From assembly GCA_964016885.1 (NCBI GenBank), contig OZ024766.1, positions 11,904,001 to 11,968,000 on the forward strand: a stretch of DNA of 64,000 nucleotides, in the 5' to 3' direction. Of the stretch, positions 1 through 12,817 are shown one piece after another. The stretch comes from Eledone cirrhosa (Eukaryota). Position numbers and translations under genes: made by a program. The notes beneath the pieces were generated by a model. That model was not told the origin of the DNA and searched no databases. It saw nothing but the letters and a program-made list of their open reading frames with translations. Every line of letters starts with the position of its first letter. Position 1 is the first letter of the stretch.

Positions 1-95
1 CTCTTTAACATTACATTACACCAACACACTTTAAAACAGAAACAGACCCCATAAAGTTCAAAAGGTCTTTGGACAAATTCCTTCAAGAAATACTG
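1..95 (+). mobile_element. CR1/L2-group LINE ORF2 C-terminal fragment
   Basis: Translates to TDPIKFKRSLDKFLQEI, resembling [15 protein letters not shown] in the LINE fragment at 32496-32762. Confidence 0.45.
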
Positions 96-127
96 TATAT
101 ATATTTATGTATATATATATATATATA

Positions 128-228
128 TAGGAACGAGTGGGGTCCTACTTGTTCCTATTACCCACTCTACTACCCTAAGTACTTTGGTGCGTTATGGTCC
201 ACCTGGTTCCTTACCACATTTCCTTCGT
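128..228 (+). mobile_element. Short (TA)n-flanked element, same family as 63492-63650
   Basis: Near-identical to 63555-63650; starts with a short inverted copy (TAGGAACGAGT / ACTTGTTCCTA). Confidence 0.75.
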
Positions 229-259
<31 letters not shown>

Positions 260-676
260 CAATGTAAAGTTATGTTGGTCCCACAACATCCAGGCCGAAA
301 CAAATGAGATCGTGTAGGTGTCACGACAAAAAAACACACAGTCCACGCTGTAAATGTGGCCGTGTAGGCAACACGGTAAAAACCTCCCAGCCCCACACTG
401 TAAATGTGGTTGGTGTTAGGAAGGGCATCCAGCTGTAGAAAACCCGCCAGACAGTCCACGCTGTAATGTGGCCGTGTAGGCAACACGGTAAAAACCTCCC
501 AGCCCCACACTGTAAATGTGGTTGGTGTTAGGAAGGGCATCCAACTGTAGAAAACCCGCCAGACAGTCCTATGCGAGCAAGACAACCACTCTTGCCTCAA
601 GTGGGAAAACCCCCGTCCAAACCCATGCAAGCGTGGAACACGGACGCTAAACCTGATGATGATGATGATGATGATA
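260..676 (+). mobile_element. RTE family A 3' UTR fragment with duplicated 112-bp module and (GAT)n tail
   Basis: Matches the 3' UTR of the RTE at 42805-43191. Confidence 0.85.
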
Positions 677-813
677 TAGGAGAAAGTATGACCCCAACAG
701 CAGAGCTCAAGCCGTTTCGACGGCTATGTCTGTATATATGTATATATATGTATATGTATATATGTATATATATGTATATATATATATATATATATTTATG
801 TATATAGATATAG

Positions 814-847
<34 letters not shown>

Positions 848-861
848 GTATATAGATATAG

Positions 862-895
<34 letters not shown>

Positions 896-957
896 GAGAA
901 AGTATGACCCCGACGGCAGAGCTCAAGCCGTTTCGACGTCTATGTCTGTATATATAT

Positions 958-3095
958 AAGAGAGTATTGAAGTTTGCTTGAAGCATTGTGGAATAAGATA
1001 TCTTTTCTTTTGGTCGTTTTGGAAGCCTCAACAATGCAGACGGGTAATTCTCCGGGTAACAAGATCCGGTGGTGAAGAGAGAGATGTAAGGGGGTGTAGA
1101 ATGAGATGTATAGTGTGTAGAGGAACGTAGGAAAGAGTGTAAAAAATAAAAATAATAACACGAGATAGAGTTACCTTGGGAGAGATTTAATTGTCCCTAT
1201 ATTTCGGATTCACATCCATCGACTGGGGGGGGGGGTTCCGGGGAGAAGGTTATCTGTCGGTTAGGAGCGATGCGTGTCCTCCGCTGTTCGTTGTTTTGAA
1301 TATCTGAGGTATTCAGCAGAGCACGCGCGTGAAATGGAGTCGGTCAAGTAGAGGTCGGTGGCCGAAATAGTTCTTTTAATTGTGGGAGTGAGGTGGGGTG
1401 AGCTGTCAATCTATTGTATTATCTGTCTGTGCTGGTTTCTGTATTAGTGTTGAATAGTGTGTGGTGGTCGTGGTAGTGTTCCCTGCCTGTTTGGTGAATG
1501 CTACTGTGTGTGTGTCTGTGTGTGCGTTGTTGTCTCGCTTGTGTGTGTGTGTGTGTGTGTGTGCGTGTGTTGTTGTCTCGCTTGTGTGTGTGTGTGTGCG
1601 TGTGTTGTTGTCTCGCTTGTGTGTGTGCGTGTGTTGTTGTCTCGCTTGTGTGTGTGTGTGTGCGTGTGTTGTTGTCTCGCTTGTGTGTGTGTGTGTGTTG
1701 TTGTCTCGCTTGTGTGTGTGTGCGTGTGGTGTTGTCTTGCTTGTGTGTGTGTGTGCGTGTGGTGTTGTCTCGCTTGTGTGTATTAGCAGTGTAGTATATT
1801 TGTATGGTGGAATGGTACTGCGTGTGTGTGTTGTTGTCTCGCTTGTATGTGTGTGTGCGTGCGTGCGTGTGTTGTTTATTTAAACCAACCACCTCATTTC
1901 GCTTCTCTCGGATCGGTTATTTATTTGTGGCCCTAGGCGTTTGATCCAAAGTGCTTCCTTGATTCGTAATGTGCCGACGTTTCGTTCCATTGCTAGAATT
2001 GTGACAATGGGCCTTCCGTCTTTGTTTCCACATTTGGTTATGTGTTTCCGGAAAGACGAGGCCCTGGTGTTAATGTGCTCCTTGATCCGGATGTGTAGCG
2101 GCCGGATTGTGCCACCTATATAGTAGTGGTTGCACTTGTTACATTCTACCTTATACACGACGTGTGTGTGTAGGCAACAGTTCGTATGGAACATCAGGCA
2201 GTTTCTGGGGGAGCACGCGTCAGTCGATTTCCCGGGTTTCCTGGAGAGGCATCTTCGCAGGGAGGGGCCTGAGTGGGCCAGGTGGATGTCGAGGACCTCC
2301 CGCCGTATAGCCCTGCGGATAGCGTTGGTAGTATTCTCGCCCAGGTGTGGTATTTTAAGGAAGCACTTGCCTTGGGTGTTTCTCTGCCTCTTGCATCTGG
2401 TGTCCCTTATTCTGTTTGTGAGTGAGGCAGGGTACCCGTACGTCTCCAGCACTTTGAGGAATCGCTTGGTATGAGTGACACCACTCGCAGGATCGCTGCA
2501 TCTGTTTTTAATTCGCGTGATCTCATTTGTGATGTACCCTCTTTTAGCACTGTTAGGGAGGGCGGACTTGTAAGGGACGAACAGGTCCCTGCAGGCTGCC
2601 TTGCGGTTTGGGTGGATCCCTCCCTATTCCGTGATGTTGATTCGGAAGTCGAGGAGAGCAAGTGACCCGTCGTCGCTGGGGTGTTCAATACTGAAATCAA
2701 TGTTCTCATCCGTATTGTTGAATGTCTCAAAAATTCCGTTCGCCATCTCCTGGGAAGATGTGAGGATGAGCATATCGTCCACGTACCTTGAGGAAAAGGC
2801 GATGGCATTGGGGTGGCAGGTGTTGAGTGCCTTGCGTTCAAGGCTGTCCATGTATGAGATGGCTAGCACACCCGACAGGCTTGAGCCCATGGGTAGTCTC
2901 GAGGTTTGCTGGTATGTTTGGTCGAGAAATCCGAAGTACGTGTTGTCAACGACGATGGATAGAAGTTGGTGGATGTCAGTGGTGGTGAGCCCGAAGCAGT
3001 GTAGGTCGGTAGATTGGATGCGTTTCATCAGTGTATCAACGGCCAGGAGTGCCGACGACGACGAGGTAGGGGTTGGAATAAACGGAGGTTTGAAA
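958..3095 (-). mobile_element. Decayed, 5'-truncated Penelope-like retroelement (RT + GIY-YIG endonuclease, probable pseudo-LTR)
   Basis: Frameshifted pieces: LPMGSSLSGVLA...RYVDD...FLLDF-like RT (2624-3028) and VVYKVECNKCNHYYIGGTIRPLHIRIKEH...IKEALWI GIY-YIG (1880-2452), with a Cys-rich linker. The 3' region has a hammerhead-like motif followed by ATTAAA. The left boundary is approximate. Confidence 0.9.
1503..1875. repeat. Compound minisatellite GTTGTTGTCTCGCTT(GT)n in the Penelope 3' region
   Basis: About 10 direct copies of ttgtctcgctt separated by variable GT runs. Confidence 0.9.
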
Positions 3096-3118
3096 TACTA
3101 GTATTAATGATTCCTTAC

Positions 3119-3315
3119 CAGTTGGACGCTGTCCGCAGGCTTTATGCGGGTGTATCCATATGGTGTCAGGATATATTGAGAGTACGAATGGATTGAGAAG
3201 AACCCTATGAGGGGTCTGGACATTTGAATTAAGTTCACCAAAGCCCTGCTTTCAGGTTCCGATAAAGGACCACTGCCGCAGAATAAGTCCTCGCACTCGT
3301 CGTGGCTGCTGCCAA
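3119..3315 (-). CDS. Procarboxypeptidase exon 9 (V)[25 protein letters not shown]...[28 protein letters not shown]
   Basis: Acceptor tctccaatag, donor gtaagg; SEPE and HSYSQ (His196) motifs; phase 1/0. Confidence 0.97.
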
Positions 3316-6300
3316 CTATTGGAGATAAAAATATATATTGAGTGCATTTATCTACATATAAATTTCTGCGATTCTGTCACAACACATAAAGAGAGAGTAG
3401 TTTGACTACCTCATACTATTCCTCTCTTTTTACGTCTACTGCCTGTGTGTAAAAGGAAGGAACGGAAGCTATCTATATATAAATTTCTGCGATTCTGTCA
3501 CAACACGTAAAGAGAGAGTAGTTTGACTACCTCATACTACTCCTCTCTTTTTACGTCTACTGCCTGTGTGTAAAAGGAAGGAAGGGAATCTATCTATATA
3601 TAAATTTCTGCGATTCTGTCACAACACATAAAGAGAGAGTAGTTTGACTACCTCATACTACTCCTCTCTTTTTACGTCTACTGCCTGTGTGTAAAAGGAA
3701 GGAAGGGAATCTATCTATATATAAATTTCTGCGATTCTGTCACAACACATAGAGAGAGAGTAGTTTGACTACCTCATACTACTCCTCTCTTTTTACGTCT
3801 ACTGCCTGTGTGTAAAAGGAAGGAAGGGAATTTATCTATATATAAATTTCAGCGATTCTGTCACAACACATAAAGAGAGAGTAGTTTGACTACCTCATAC
3901 TATTCCTCTCTTTTTACGTCTACTGCCTGTGTGTAAAAGGAAGGAAGGGAATCTATCTATATATAAATTTCTGCGATTCTGTCACAACACATAAAGAGAG
4001 AGTAGTTTGACTACCTCATACTATTCCTCTCTTTTTACATCTACTGCCTGTGTGTAAAAGGAAGGAAGGGAATCTATCTATATATAAATTTCTGCGATTC
4101 TGTCACAACACATAAAGAGAGAGTAGTTTGACTACCTCATACTATTCCTCTCTTTTTACGTCTACTGCCTGTGTGTAAAAGGAAGGAAGGGAATCTATCT
4201 ATATATAAATTTCTGCGATTCTGTCACAACATGTAAAAAGAGAGTAGTTTGACTACCTCATACTACTCCTCTCTTTTTACGTCTACTGCCTGTGTGTAAA
4301 AGGAAGGAAGGGAATCTATCTATATATAAATTTCTGCGATTCTGTCACAACACATAAAGAGAGAGTAGTTTGACTACCTCATACTACTCCTCTCTTTTTA
4401 CGTCTACTGCCTGTGTGTAAAAGGAAGGAAGGGAATCTATCTATATATAAATTTCTGCGATTCTGTCACAACACATAAAGAGAGAGTAGTTTGACTACCT
4501 CATACTACTCCTCTCTTTTTACGTCTACTGCCTGTGTGTAAAAGGAAGGAAGGGAATCTATCTATATATAAATTTCTGCGATTCTGTCACAACACATAAA
4601 GAGAGAGTAAGTTGACTACCTCATACTACTCCTCTCTTTTTACGTCTACTGCCTGTGTGTAAAAGGAAGGAAGGGAATCTATCAATATATAAATTTCTGC
4701 GATTCTGTCACAACACATAAAGAGAGAGTAGTTTGACTACCTCATACTATTCCTCTCTTTTTACGTCTACTGCCTGTGTGTAAAAGGAAGGAAGGGAATC
4801 TATCTATATATAAATTTCTGCGATTCTGTCGCAACATATAAAGAGAGAGTAGTTTGACTACCTCATACAATTCCTCTCTTTTTACGTCTACTGCCTGTGT
4901 GTAAAAGGAAGGAAGGGAATCTATCTATATATAAATTTCTGCGATTCTGTCGCAACACATAAAGAGAGAGTAGTTTGACTACCTCATACTATTCCTCTCT
5001 TTTTACGTCTACTGCCTGTGTGTAAAAGGAAGGAAGGGAATCTATCTATATATAAATTTTATCGATTCTGTCACAACACATAAAGAGAGAGTAGTTTGAC
5101 TACCTCATACTACTCCTCTCTTTTTACGTCTACTGCCTGTGTGTAAAAGGAAGGAAGGGAATCTATCTATATATAAATTTCTGTGATTCTGTCACAACAC
5201 ATAAAGAGAGAGTAGTTTGACTACCTCATACTATTCCTCTCTTTTTACATCTACTGCCTGTGTGTAAAAGGAAGGAAGGGAATCTATCTATATATAAATT
5301 TCTGTGATTCTGTCGCAATACTTAAAGAGAGAGTAGTTTGACTACCTCATACTACTCCTCTCTTTTTACGTCTACTGCCTGTGTGTAAAAGGAAGGAAGG
5401 GAATCTATCTATATATAAATTTCTGTGATTCTGTCACAACACATAAAGAGAGAGTAGTTTGACTACCTCATACTATTCCTCTCTTTTTACGTCTACTGCT
5501 GTGTGTAAAAGGAAGGAAGGGAATCTATCTATATATAAATTTCTGCGATTCTGTCGCAACACATAAAGAGAGAGTAGTTTGACTACCTCATACTATTCCT
5601 CTCTTTTTACGTCTACTGCCTGTGTGTAAAAGGAAGGAAGGGAATGTATCTATATATAAATTTCTGTGATTCTGTCGCAATACTTAAAGAGAGAGTAGTT
5701 TGACTACCTCATACTACTCCTCTCTTTTTACGTCTACTGCCTGTGTGTAAAAGGAAGGAAGGGAATCTATCTATATATAAATTTCTGCGATTCTGTCACA
5801 ACACGTAAAGAGAGAGTAGTTTGACTACCTCATACTATTCCTTTCTTTTTACGTCTACTGCCTGTGTGTAAAAGGAAGGAAGGGAATCTATCTATATATA
5901 AATTTCTGTGATTCTGTCACAACACGTAAAGAGAGAGTAGTTTGACTACCTCATACTATTCCTCTCTTTTTACGTCTACTGCCTGTGTGTAAAAGGAAGG
6001 AAGGGAATCTATCTATATATAAATTTCAGCGATTCTGCCGCAATACTTAAAGAGAGAGTAGGTTGACTACGTCATACTAAGCAGCACCTCCTGATATACC
6101 CCCTGCTGGAACACCCCTGCACAGCATTGGACTTGGGAGAGTTTAACCCTTTAGCATTTATATTACTCTATATTTACTATTATATTTTTGTGGTAAAGGC
6201 TTTATCTTACATAATTATCTCACATAATATCGAATCTATCGAATCTATGAATTTTGATATTATTTATTTTGAGAACAATACCTTAACATCAGTATGAGTG

Positions 6301-9300
6301 GCCAGTTATGGCAGGTTTGAAGTTAAAGAAGTGAGAGAATTCTAGCTGGAGACAGCCGGCTTAAATGCTAAAGGATTAATGAGAACATATTCCATTGGCG
6401 GGCCACTTTAGAACATTTGAACAACTATTAGGGCCAGTAATATTTATTAAGCACTATTCCAAAGATTCACAACAACTTCTTCCCATAACATGGACCTGGG
6501 AAATTATAACACACATGGAGGCACATGGCTTAGCGGTTAGAGCATTGGCCTTGCAATCGAAAGGTTGTGAGTTCAATTCTCAGACCGAGTGATGTGTTGT
6601 TTCCTTGAGCAAGACACTTTATTTCACATTGCTCCAGTTTACTCAGCTGTAGAAATGAGATGATAGGGACTGGGGTCCCTATCATTCCACTGCAAAGTGG
6701 TCGTGGAGGTGCCACGCCAAAAAAGCACCCAGCACTCACTGTAAATGAGGTTGGTGTTAGGAAGGGCATCCAGCTGTAGAAATCAAGCCAGAATCAAGTG
6801 GGGAAAAGTGGACGTAAAATAATGATGATGATGATAACCCTATCAGAAACTCTATTAGGGTCATTAATATTTATTAAACTCTATTCCAAAGATTCACCAC
6901 TACTTCTTTCCATAACATGGACCTGGGAAAGTATAACACACATAACCCTATCAGTGAAGCCCTTTAGTATGGGTCAACTAACAGAAAATTGTATTACGGT
7001 TATGAAAAAATTCTAAATACGCCTACAAGGTAAAAATTAAAAACGGTCATCGCAGGCCACTCTGACTAGTCTGGTGGGCCGGATTGTGTCCTGTGGGTCA
7101 CCTGTTGCATACCCCTGGTTTAGAGAGTTAAGCTGATGGTTGAGCCTGCAGCCTTTTATAGACAAGAGAAATGGCCATTGACACAAACTTACCTTTTCCC
7201 CATCCAGAATCAAAGTTACGATTTAAGTCAACCCCTGTACATCTGCCTATAGGCTTTCGATTTTTTCTCCACATTCTCATCTGAAATAAAAAAAAATTCA
7301 TATATATAATAATAATATAATAATAATGAAATATTGTGTACAGTGCTCAGGTGCACTACAACTCATCAAAAAGTGTATGTATAGTACATAGGGTAATGTA
7401 TAAACGTCAGGAAAATGAACAGTGCATGAGTCATGATATACACGTGTGCATGTGTATGGAAAGGGTACATCAGGTGTAGTTTTGCCGTATTTCGGAAAGC
7501 ATGAGTGTCTTAAAGGATGCAGTGTCTCGACAGCTAACAACTGATGCAGGTAGTTTGTTCCATGGAGGTTTTAAAGGATGCAGTGTCTTGACAGTTAACA
7601 ACTGATGCAGGTAGTTTGTTCCATGGAGGTTTTAAAGGATGCAGTGTCTCGACAGCTAACAACTGATGCAGGTAGTTTGTTCCACGGAGGTTTTAAAGGA
7701 TGCAGTGTCTTGACAGTTAACAACTGATGCAGGTAGTTTGTTCCATGGAGGTTTTAAAGGATGCAGTGTCTTGACAGTTAACAACTGATGCAGGTAGTTT
7801 GTTCCATGGAGGTTTTAAAGGATGCAGTGTCTCGACAGCTAACAACTGATGCAGGTAGTTTGTTCCACGGAGGTTTTAAAGGATGCAGTGTCTTGACAGT
7901 TAACAACTGATGCAGGTAGTTTGTTCCATGGAGGTTTTAAAGGATGCAGTGTCTCGACAGCTAACAACTGATGTAGGCAATTTGTTCCATGGAGGTTTTA
8001 AAGGATGCAATGTCTCGAGAGCTAACAACTGATGCAGGCAGTTTGTTCCATGGAGGTTTTAAAGGATGCAGTGTCTCGGCAGCTAACAACTGATGCAGGC
8101 AGTTTGTTCCATGGAGGTTTTAAAGGATGCAGTGTCTCGACAGCTAACAACTGATGCAGGCAGTTTGTTCCATGGAGGTTTTAAAGGATGCAGTGTCTCG
8201 ACAGCTAACAACTGATGCAGGCAGTTTGTTCCATGGAGGTTTTAAAGGATGCAGTGTCTCGACAGCTAACAACCGACGCAGGTAGTTTGTTCCATGGAGG
8301 TTTTAAAGGATGCAGTGTCTCGACAGCTAACAACTGATGCAGGCAGTTTGTTCCATACTTCAGCAACTCTCAGCGGGAAAAAATGTTTCTGAAAGTCACG
8401 GGAGCTGTGCTGTTTTCTGACTTTGTTGGCATGCCCACGTGTGTTACCAAGTTATATAGAAACTTGCATAAGATCGATGGATTCTTATGCAAGTGGGCTC
8501 TTACAAATCTTCACTGGGTGCCCGATAATATTAACTAAATCAACATCAATTATGGGGTCGATAAAATAAAGTACCAGTAATGTACTGGGGAATTGCTGGC
8601 CTTGTGCCACAAGTAGAACCTATACTTACGTGTCGTGTATATTCATAGCCATCGGGGTTACTGCTTGGAACAAAGACCCAGTCGTACTCAACTATAAGTT
8701 TTATGACATCAGAATTGCTCTCGTACTGGGTGGCCATCTGGAATGGAAATATGTACTGTTTAATACTACTACTACTGCTGCTACTACTGCTACCACAACT
8801 ACTACTACCACTACTGCTGCTACTACTGCTACTACCACCATCACTACCACCACCACTACCATCACCAACACCACTACCAACAAAACTACCACCACCACTA
8901 CCACCACCACCACCACTACCACCAACACCACCACTACCACCACCACCCACACCACCACTACCATCACCACTACGACCACCACCACCACCACTACCACCAC
9001 CACCACCACCACCACTACCACTACTACTATCACCAACACCACCACTACCACCAACACCACCACTACCACCACCACCCACACCACCACTACCATCACCACC
9101 AACACCACCACCACTATCCCCACCACCACCACTACCATCACCACCACCACCACCACTACCACCACCACCACCACTACGACGACGATGACAACGACGACGA
9201 CACTACCAACACTACCACTACCAACACCACTACTACCACTACCACCACTACCACCACCACCACCACCACCACCACTACCGCCACCACCCACTACCACCAC

Positions 9301-11209
9301 TACCACCACCACTACCACCACCACCACTACCGCCACCACCACTACCACCACTACGACCACCACCACCCACCACCACCACCACCACCACCACTACTACTAT
9401 TACCACCACCACCACTACCACCACCACCCACACCACCACTACCACCAAACTACCACCACCACCACCACCACCACTACGACGACGACGACGACCACCACTA
9501 CCACCACCACCACTACCACTACCACCACCACTACCACTACCACCACTACCACCACCACCACTACCGCCACCACCCACTACCACCACCACCACTACTACAA
9601 CCACCACCACCACCCACCACCACCCACCACCACGACGACGACGACGACGACGACCACCACCACCACCACTACCACCACCACCCACACCACCACCACCACC
9701 ACCACCAACACTACCACTACCAACACCGCTACTACCACTACTACCACCACCACCACAACCACAACCACCACTACCACGACCACCACCACCACCCACCACC
9801 ACGACCACCACCACCACCCACAACCACTACCACCACCACCACTATCACCACCACACCACCACTACCACCACCACCACCACCACTACCACCACCACCACCA
9901 CCACCACCACCACCACCACCACCACCACCACCACCACCAACACTACCACTACCAACACCGCTACTACCACTACTACCACCACCACCACAACCACAACCAC
10001 CACTACCACTACCACCACCACCACTATCACCACCACCACCACCACTACCACCACCACCACCACAACCACCACCACCACCACCAACACTACCACTACCAAC
10101 ACCGCTACTGCCACTACTACCACCACCACCACAACCACAACCACCACTACCACTACCACCACCACCACTATCACCACCACCACCACCACTACCACCACCA
10201 CCACCACCACCACCACCACCACCACCACCACTAATATAAATATGTCAGTCAACATGCTATTACCTTCTCTATTACTTTCATGACAGAAGCTGTACTTATC
10301 CACTCCCTGGCATGCATGCCAGCCTCCACCAGTATCGTCTTTCTATTACTTCCAACTGATCCGGAAAACTGTGAGAGAACGCATAAATATATATATAAAT
10401 ATATATATTTATATATATGGAAAGTTATATTTAAATTGTTGTGTTACAACTAGTAAATATTTATAACTGATATAAAAGCACTCGACAAATATTTGGAGTA
10501 TATTTACAATATTAAATAAATGGAAACTACATTTACAAAACCATATCTATTTCATTATATTGTATTTTGTCTGAGGAAGGCATAGCATATTGTTAATATG
10601 TTATCCCTGAAATATATATAATGAAATAGATATGGTTTTGTAAATGTAGTTTCCATTTATTTAATATTGTATATTTATATATATATATTTATTTATATAT
10701 ATATATATACACACATATATATATATTTGTTTGCGTAAAGCAAACAATTATTATTGTTATTGTTATTATATACAAGCCGAACTGGACTGGGAAAGGTCAA
10801 CAGTTGACATGATAGTGATTTTGACAATTTTGATTTTGATTTTGATTTTGATTTTGATTTTGATTTTGTATGCATGAGTATTGGTGTGTGAGTCGTGTCA
10901 ATAAGTTTTTTTTATTTTTTAATTTTTTTTTTTTTAATGACCATGCTGTAAAATGGAGGGGTAGAGAGGGCCTTGAGTCTAGTAAGACATCCTCTCTAGT
11001 GCTGGTGGCACAAATAAAAGCACCCAGTCCATGCTGTAAAGTGGCGCTGGTGTTATGAAGGGCATCCAACCAGTGTATCAATGCCAAAAAACTTATCAGC
11101 ACAGCAACAAAACAGCATAGAAAAATATGAAGACGTCGCATCTCAGAACTGTGCTGAATAAGACCCGTCCCACCCTTGCAAGCAGGGAAAAGCGGACGTA
11201 AAATGATGA

Positions 11210-11256
<47 letters not shown>

Positions 11257-11680
11257 GTAGGAGGTGAGTTTTATTGTAGTACAATAAAGCAATGCAGATA
11301 TCGGATAAGAAGCACTCTACAGTTTGTAGGACTGGAGTATACATAATATATAAGAACAAAAGATGGTTAAAAGAGTTCCATATATTTTATTATGCGCATT
11401 TCAAAAACAAATATCATCATGCAATAACATTTGCGTTTTCATCAGATAAAACAGGAAGATATGATATGAAGGTTAAAACACACTTGTGGATAGTGCAGTT
11501 TTAAATCAACATATGTTGATATGTTGATTTAAAACTGAACTATCCACAAGTGTTTTTTAACCTTCATATCATGTCTTCCTGTTTTATCTGATGAAAACAC
11601 AAATATTATTGCATGATGATATTTGTTTTTGAAATGCGCATAATAAAATACATGGAACTCTTTTAACCATCTTTTGTTCT

Positions 11681-11719
<39 letters not shown>

Positions 11720-12116
11720 AAAGTTTTATTTAAAATTGTTGGGATACAACAAGTAAATATTTTATAACTGATATAAAGCACTCGACAAGTTTTTGGAGTA
11801 GATATACGATATTAAATAAATGGAAACTATATTTATAAAACCATATTTATTTCATTATACATATTTCAGGGATACCAAATTAAAATATGGTATGCCTTCA
11901 TCAGACAAAATACAATATATAAACAGTTTTATCTATCCAGACAGCTTCCAAAAATAATGGTTGCATCTAATAGGGTACGTCAAAATTATTTATAAAACTG
12001 TTTATATATTGTATTTTGTCTGATGAAGGCATGCCATATTTTAATTTGGTATCCCTGAAATATGTATAATGAAATAGATATGGTTTTATAAATATATTTT
12101 CCATTTATTTAATATC

Positions 12117-12151
<35 letters not shown>

Positions 12152-12390
12152 GAAAAATTGAAGGGGAACAAAACAGAGAGGCAGTACAACAAATGTTTAT
12201 TAATTTCACGCTCTTGAGAGTGGGGTGGTGGTGGGGAACGACGTTTCGGGCATAAGCCCTTCTTCAGGTGAAAAGTGTGTGGGAAGAGAGTTCAAAGGGT
12301 GTGTAGGGGAGTGGTGGAGAGACATATAGCAAAAAGGGGGTGAGAGGAAACGGTGCAAATGAAATTAAAAATAAAGGCATGATCAATATG

Positions 12391-12431
<41 letters not shown>

Positions 12432-12442
12432 CTGTGTGTGTG

Positions 12443-12483
<41 letters not shown>

Positions 12484-12554
12484 GTGTATGTGTATATATG
12501 TGTGTGTGTATATATATATATGTGTGTGTATATATGTGTTTATGTATATATATA

Positions 12555-12585
<31 letters not shown>

Positions 12586-12634
12586 GTGTATGTGTGTGTA
12601 TGTGTATATGTGTGTATGTGTATATGTATATATA

Positions 12635-12665
<31 letters not shown>

Positions 12666-12765
12666 GTGTATATATATATATATGTGTGTGTGTATATATG
12701 TGTTTATGTATATATATATATGTGTGTGTATATATAATTGTGTGTGTATATGTGTATATGTCTTA

Positions 12766-12817
<52 letters not shown>

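Noticed and set aside
1-3118. Remaining carboxypeptidase exons (Tyr248/Glu270 region)
   Set aside because: No matching GSSxDW/ELR-type sequence was found; the region is TE-derived, so these exons lie beyond the window start.
3348-6080. Regular array with a palindromic core, superficially CRISPR-like
   Set aside because: Whole 121-bp units repeat with no unique spacers, no cas genes, and a eukaryotic intron context.
7040-7118. hAT-like terminus (…GTTGCATACCCCTG)
   Set aside because: Only one end is visible, with no partner TIR or TSD.
8630-10234. 534-aa Thr/His/Pro-rich mucin-like ORF
   Set aside because: It is the antisense reading of an intronic (ACC/ACT)n tract overlapping exon 7 on the other strand.
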